From the IMG/VR virus record IMGVR_UViG_2711768001_000003: a DNA stretch of 10,003 bases. One strand, 5' to 3'. The DNA is from a virus. Taxonomy: Duplodnaviria > Heunggongvirae > Uroviricota > Caudoviricetes. The translations under genes and the position numbers were made by a program. Of the stretch, positions 6,344-10,003 are shown piece after piece (within the stretch, counting starts at the first letter, position 1; each line of letters begins with the position of its first letter). The notes beneath the pieces are model-generated. The model searched no databases, was not told where the DNA came from, and saw only the letters and a program-made list of their open reading frames with translations.

Positions 6344-6838
6344 ATGGCTGGAACGGCGGGGCGTTCCGGGCGTCGCCCCAAGCCAACGGCGCGCAAGGCG
6401 CTGGCCGGAAACCCCGGCAAGCGAGCCCTGAACAAAGATGAACCTGTTTTTACGCCCATCAAAGGTGTTGAGCCACCAGAGTGGTTCGCTGAAGAAGATC
6501 TCCCTCTCGCCACGATCATGTGGCAACTGACAACCAAAGAACTCTGCGGTCAGGGCCTGCTGTGCGTGACTGACCTGGCGGTACTTGAGCGGTGGTGCGT
6601 GGCCTATGAGTTCTGGCGACGTGCCGTGAAAAATATTGCCATACAGGGCAACACCATCACCGGTGCAATGGGCGGCAGGGTCAAAAATCCGGAGCTGACC
6701 GCCAAAAAAGAACAGGAGTCCGAGATGAGCAGCACGGGGGCAATGCTCGGACTCGACCCCAGCAGCCGCCAGCGTCTGATTGGCCTGGCGGGGCAGAAGA
6801 AAGCCACTAACCCGTTTCTGAAAATTATCGAATCATGA
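6344..6838 (+). CDS. Terminase small subunit, P27 family
   Basis: [34 protein letters not shown] is the typical P27-family N-terminus. AGGAG at 6331-6335 lies 8 nt upstream of ATG 6344. The ORF-track GTG at 6335 overlaps that SD and is less likely. Confidence 0.88.
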   Translation: MAGTAGRSGRRPKPTARKALAGNPGKRALNKDEPVFTPIKGVEPPEWFAEEDLPLATIMWQLTTKELCGQGLLCVTDLAVLERWCVAYEFWRRAVKNIAIQGNTITGAMGGRVKNPELTAKKEQESEMSSTGAMLGLDPSSRQRLIGLAGQKKATNPFLKIIES

Positions 6839-8568
6839 GCCGGAAATCTTACCCCAACGTAAATGCTGCAAATCAGTATGCCCGGGATGTCGTGCGCGGA
6901 AAGATTGTTGCCTGCCAGTTTGTGATTCAGGCCTGCCAGCGCCATCTTGATGACCTGATGGCGGAAAAAAGTAAGTCGTTTCGTTACCGCTTCGACAAGG
7001 ACCTGGCTGAACGGGCCGCGAAATTTATTCAGCTGTTGCCGCACACCAAGGGGGAGTGGGCATTCAAACGGATGCCCATCACGCTGGAGCCGTGGCAGCT
7101 ATTTGTGATCTGCTGTGCGTTTGGCTGGGTCAATAAAGGCACCCGGTTGCGCCGCTTCCGGGAGGTGTACACCGAAATCCCCCGTAAGAACGGCAAATCA
7201 GCAATCTCTGCCGGTGTTGCCCTGTATTGTTTTGCCTGTGATAACGAGTTTGGCGCGGAAGTGTATTCCGGTGCCACGACAGAGAAACAGGCGTGGGAAG
7301 TCTTTCGCCCGGCGCGACTGATGTGTAAACGCACACCCATGCTGACGGAAGCGTTCGGGATTGAGGTTAACGCCTCAAACATGAACCGTCCGGAGGATGG
7401 CGCGCGGTTTGAACCGCTGATCGGCAACCCAGGTGATGGTTCATCACCCCACTGTGCCGTGGTTGATGAATATCACGAGCATGCCACCGATGCGCTTTAT
7501 ACCACAATGCTTACCGGGATGGGGGCGCGACGTCAGCCACTGATGTGGGCCATCACCACCGCCGGGTACAACATTGAGGGGCCGTGCTACGACAAGCGGC
7601 GGGAAGTCATCGAGATGCTCAACGGCTCGGTGCCTAACGATGAACTGTTCGGGATCATCTATACCGTTGATGAAGGTGACGACTGGACCGGCCCGCAGGT
7701 GCTGGAAAAAGCCAATCCAAATATTGGCGTGTCGGTTTATCGCGAATTTTTGTTAAGTCAGCAGCAGCGTGCGAAAAATAACGCCCGTCTGGCAAACGTC
7801 TTTAAAACAAAACACCTCAATATCTGGGTGTCGGCGCGTTCGGCGTATTTCAACTTGGTGAGCTGGCAGAGCTGCGAGGATAAATCACTGACCCTTGAGC
7901 AGTTCGAGGGGCAGCCGTGCATTCTGGCCTTTGACCTGGCGCGTAAGCTGGATATGAACAGCATGGCGCGACTTTATACCCGCGAGATTGACGGTAAAAC
8001 GCATTACTACAGTGTGGCCCCGCGTTTCTGGGTACCGTATGACACGGTGTACAGCGTCGAGAAAAATGAAGATCGACGGACAGCCGAACGCTTTCAGAAA
8101 TGGGTGGAAATGGGCGTTCTGACCGTTACCGATGGTGCGGAGGTGGATTATCGCTACATCCTCGAGGAGGCCAAAGCGGCGAACAAAATCAGCCCGGTCA
8201 GTGAGTCACCCATCGACCCCTTCGGGGCGACCGGGTTGTCACATGACCTTGCTGATGAAGACCTGAATCCCGTCACTATCGTCCAGAACTTCACCAATAT
8301 GTCCGATCCGATGAAAGAGCTGGAAGCAGCGATTGAATCGGGACGTTTTCATCATGACGGCAATCCCATCATGACCTGGTGTATCGGCAACGTGGTCGGC
8401 AAAAACATGCCGGGTAACGATGATGTGGTGAAACCCGTCAAAGAGCAGGCGGAAAACAAAATCGATGGTGCAGTTGCGCTGATTATGGCGGTTGGCAGAG
8501 CCATGCTGTACGAGAAAGAAGACACGCTGTCTGACCACATTGAGTCCTACGGGATCCGCTCGCTTTAA
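6835..8568 (+). CDS. Terminase large subunit (HK97/Terminase_1-type)
   Basis: The 577-aa product has the Walker A-like motif [14 protein letters not shown] and the Walker B/coupling motif AVVDEYHEH, plus a C-terminal nuclease region ([10 protein letters not shown]). The start overlaps the terS stop as ATGA. Confidence 0.9.
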   Translation: MSRKSYPNVNAANQYARDVVRGKIVACQFVIQACQRHLDDLMAEKSKSFRYRFDKDLAERAAKFIQLLPHTKGEWAFKRMPITLEPWQLFVICCAFGWVNKGTRLRRFREVYTEIPRKNGKSAISAGVALYCFACDNEFGAEVYSGATTEKQAWEVFRPARLMCKRTPMLTEAFGIEVNASNMNRPEDGARFEPLIGNPGDGSSPHCAVVDEYHEHATDALYTTMLTGMGARRQPLMWAITTAGYNIEGPCYDKRREVIEMLNGSVPNDELFGIIYTVDEGDDWTGPQVLEKANPNIGVSVYREFLLSQQQRAKNNARLANVFKTKHLNIWVSARSAYFNLVSWQSCEDKSLTLEQFEGQPCILAFDLARKLDMNSMARLYTREIDGKTHYYSVAPRFWVPYDTVYSVEKNEDRRTAERFQKWVEMGVLTVTDGAEVDYRYILEEAKAANKISPVSESPIDPFGATGLSHDLADEDLNPVTIVQNFTNMSDPMKELEAAIESGRFHHDGNPIMTWCIGNVVGKNMPGNDDVVKPVKEQAENKIDGAVALIMAVGRAMLYEKEDTLSDHIESYGIRSL

Positions 8569-8579
8569 CTGAGGTAATT

Positions 8580-8762
8580 ATGATCATGCTGATTCTCGCG
8601 CCTCTGGTGGGCGTGCTGGGTGCGCTTTTGCTGGCGTATGGTGCCTGGCTGATTTATCCCCCGGCGGGTTTTGTTGTTGCCGGGGCGCTGTGCCTGTTCT
8701 GGTCGTGGCTGGTGGCGCGATATCTCGACCGTACACGGCAGTCTGTCGGCGGAGGTAAATAG
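8580..8762 (+). CDS. Small (60 aa) two-TM membrane protein, function unknown
   Basis: [49 protein letters not shown] has two hydrophobic helices. GAGG lies upstream of the ATG. The stop TAG (8760-8762) overlaps the portal GTG start by 1 nt. Confidence 0.6.
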   Translation: MIMLILAPLVGVLGALLLAYGAWLIYPPAGFVVAGALCLFWSWLVARYLDRTRQSVGGGK

Positions 8763-9918
8763 TGTTCTTTTCGGGATTATTTCAACGAAAAAGCGATGTG
8801 CCGGTGACCACGCCAGCAGAACTGCTGATGCTATCGGGCTGTCATACGACACCTATACCGGAAAGCGGATCAGTAGCCAGCGGGCCATGCGCCTGACGGC
8901 GGTCTATTCTTGCGTCAGGGTGCTGGCAGAGTCTGTTGGTATGCTGCCCTGCAGTCTCTACAAAATCAGCGGTACCCTGAAAACACGGGCGGTGGATGAA
9001 CGACTGCATAAGTTGGTTTCGGCAAAACCTAATGGCTACATGACACCGCAGGAATTCTGGGAGCTGGTTATTGTCTGCCTGTGTCTACGGGGGAATTTTT
9101 ACGCCTACAAGGTAAAGGCACTGGGAGAAGTGGTGGAGCTTCTTCCGATAGATCCGGGCTGTGTGGAACCGAAGCTGAACAGCCAGTGGCAGCCGGTTTA
9201 TCAGGTGACGTTTCCGGATGGTTCCGTGGATGTGTTGACCCAGAATGAAATCTGGCATGTGCGCACCCTGACGCTGGATGGACTTGTCGGGCTGAATCCC
9301 ATTGCGTATGCGCGTGAGGCCATTTCACTGGCAGCGGCAACCGAGGAGCACGGTGCCAGGTTGTTTAGTAATGGTGCGGTGACATCCGGTGTGTTGCGTA
9401 CGGAACAAAAGCTCACGCCGGATGCTTACGAGCGTCTGAAGAAAGATTTTGAGGAGTGTCACACGGGGCTTGGCAATGCTCACCGCCCGATGATTCTGGA
9501 AATGGGGCTGGACTGGAAGTCGATGGCGCTGAACGCCGAGGACAGTCAGTTCCTGGAAACCCGCAAGTTTCAGCTGGAAGAAATCTGTCGTCTGTTCCGG
9601 GTGCCGTTGCACATGGTGCAGAACACCGATCGCGCCACCTTCAACAATATCGAAGAGCTGGGGCTGGGATTTATCAACTATTCACTGGTGCCGTATCTGA
9701 CCCGCATCGAACAGCGGATCAACACCGGACTGGTACGAAAAAGTAAGCAGGGCGTTTATTACGCCAAATTTAACGCCGGGGCGTTACTGCGCGGGGATAT
9801 GAAGTCCCGTTTTGAAGCCTACGCCACCGGGATCAACTGGGGAATTTACTCTTCCAATGACTGCCGCGACCTGGAAGATATGAATCCGCGTCCCGGTGGT
9901 GTAATGCCGATCAGTTAA
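8762..9918 (+). pseudogene. HK97-family portal protein gene, apparently frameshifted near 8824 and 3'-truncated by IS4 at about 9901/9902
   Basis: A strong SD GGAGG (8751-8755) sits 6 nt before GTG 8762. That frame gives a portal-like N-terminus [21 protein letters not shown] but stops at 8894-8896. The portal body (ADAIGLSYDTYTGKRISSQRAMRLTAVYSCVRVLAESVG...) continues in the -1 frame from 8824. The last 5 codons and the stop (VMPIS*) are read from IS4 sequence. Confidence 0.8.
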
Positions 9919-9950
9919 GGATCAGTTGACCGATCCAGTGGCTGTGTAAG

Positions 9951-9985
9951 AATCCGGAAACGCTCACTTGTTTCCGGATTTTTTT
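9951..9985 (+). terminator. Strong terminator-like hairpin inside the IS4 left end, immediately before the transposase ATG
   Basis: A perfect 11-bp stem AATCCGGAAAC (9951-9961) / GTTTCCGGATT (9970-9980) with an 8-nt loop, followed by a T-run that extends to 9985 and abuts ATG 9986. Confidence 0.6.
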
Positions 9986-10003
9986 ATGCACATTGGACAG
10001 GCT
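9986..10003 (+). CDS. insG: IS4 transposase InsG, first 6 codons (3' part outside the window)
   Basis: ATG CAC ATT GGA CAG GCT translates as MHIGQA, which matches the recalled InsG start MHIGQALDLV.... Confidence 0.65.

Larger units (their letters stand above)
9902..10003 (+). mobile_element. Left end of IS4 (partial; continues beyond the window)
   Basis: TAATGCCGATCAGTTAAGG... matches my recollection of the IS4 terminal repeat. The ORF starting at 9986 reads MHIGQA, the N-terminus of the IS4 transposase InsG. The boundary is uncertain by a few nt. Confidence 0.7.

Noticed and set aside
8671-8823. TTG 8671 as the portal start (415-aa ORF in the track)
   Set aside because: It has no SD, lies inside the small membrane-protein gene in another frame, and the encoded residues are not portal-like. 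The SD-backed GTG 8762 in the adjacent frame encodes the expected N-terminus.
8818-8830. Programmed -1 ribosomal frameshift in the portal gene
   Set aside because: There is no slippery heptamer (the sequence is GAACTGCTG) and no downstream stimulatory structure. Portal genes are not known to use recoding. A 1-nt indel is the simpler explanation.
6122-8852. Minus-strand and alternate-frame ORFs within the HNH, terminase and portal regions (e.g. 6122..6526, 6604..7044, 7029..7427, 7115..7321, 7574..7756, 7758..7964, 8239..8538, 8565..8852)
   Set aside because: They overlap well-supported genes, have no recognisable domains or translation signals, and are consistent with chance open frames in roughly 50-55% GC DNA.
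9068-9746. Overlapping ORFs inside the portal gene (9068..9340 -, 9201..9416 -, 9325..9612 -, 9456..9746 +)
   Set aside because: For the same reason: these are alternate frames of a clearly coding portal sequence with no independent support.
9898-9925. Resemblance of GGTGTAATGCCGATCAG to the IS1 terminal repeat (GGTAATGAC...)
   Set aside because: The similarity is only partial. The downstream MHIGQA start and terminal sequence fit IS4 much better.

Overview
This window is about 9.8 kb of a lambdoid enterobacterial prophage, with every credible gene on the + strand. Insertion sequences cut it at both edges. The right end of an IS2-like element occupies 1-69. The left end of IS4 starts at about 9902, and its transposase (insG) starts at 9986. 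Gene order is as follows:
- IS-truncated remnant of an upstream replication gene
- DnaB-type replicative helicase
- 80-aa helical protein
- RusA resolvase
- Q antiterminator (QuuD/DLP12 type)
- predicted late promoter PR' plus terminator tR'
- accessory island: an ORF6N-domain gene with its own putative promoter and terminator, a very tightly packed 4-tRNA array (Ile2-CAU, Arg-UCU, Thr-UGU, Gly-UCC), and a 526-nt run of N
- phage-21-type lysis cassette: pinholin 3' end, SAR endolysin, Rz with embedded Rz1
- HK97-style packaging module: HNH endonuclease, GC-rich candidate cos region, P27-family small terminase, large terminase, small membrane protein, HK97-family portal

The portal appears doubly damaged. 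It has a 1-nt frameshift about 60 nt into the gene, and IS4 replaces its 3' end. I cannot defend a new multi-gene system from the visible bases. The points most worth follow-up are the Q-to-holin accessory island, including about 412 nt of content hidden by the N run, the tRNA array, the portal frameshift, and the pattern of IS-driven decay that leaves the Q-lysis cassette intact. All family assignments rest on my recognition of the translated sequences and on recalled reference sequences. No database search was run.
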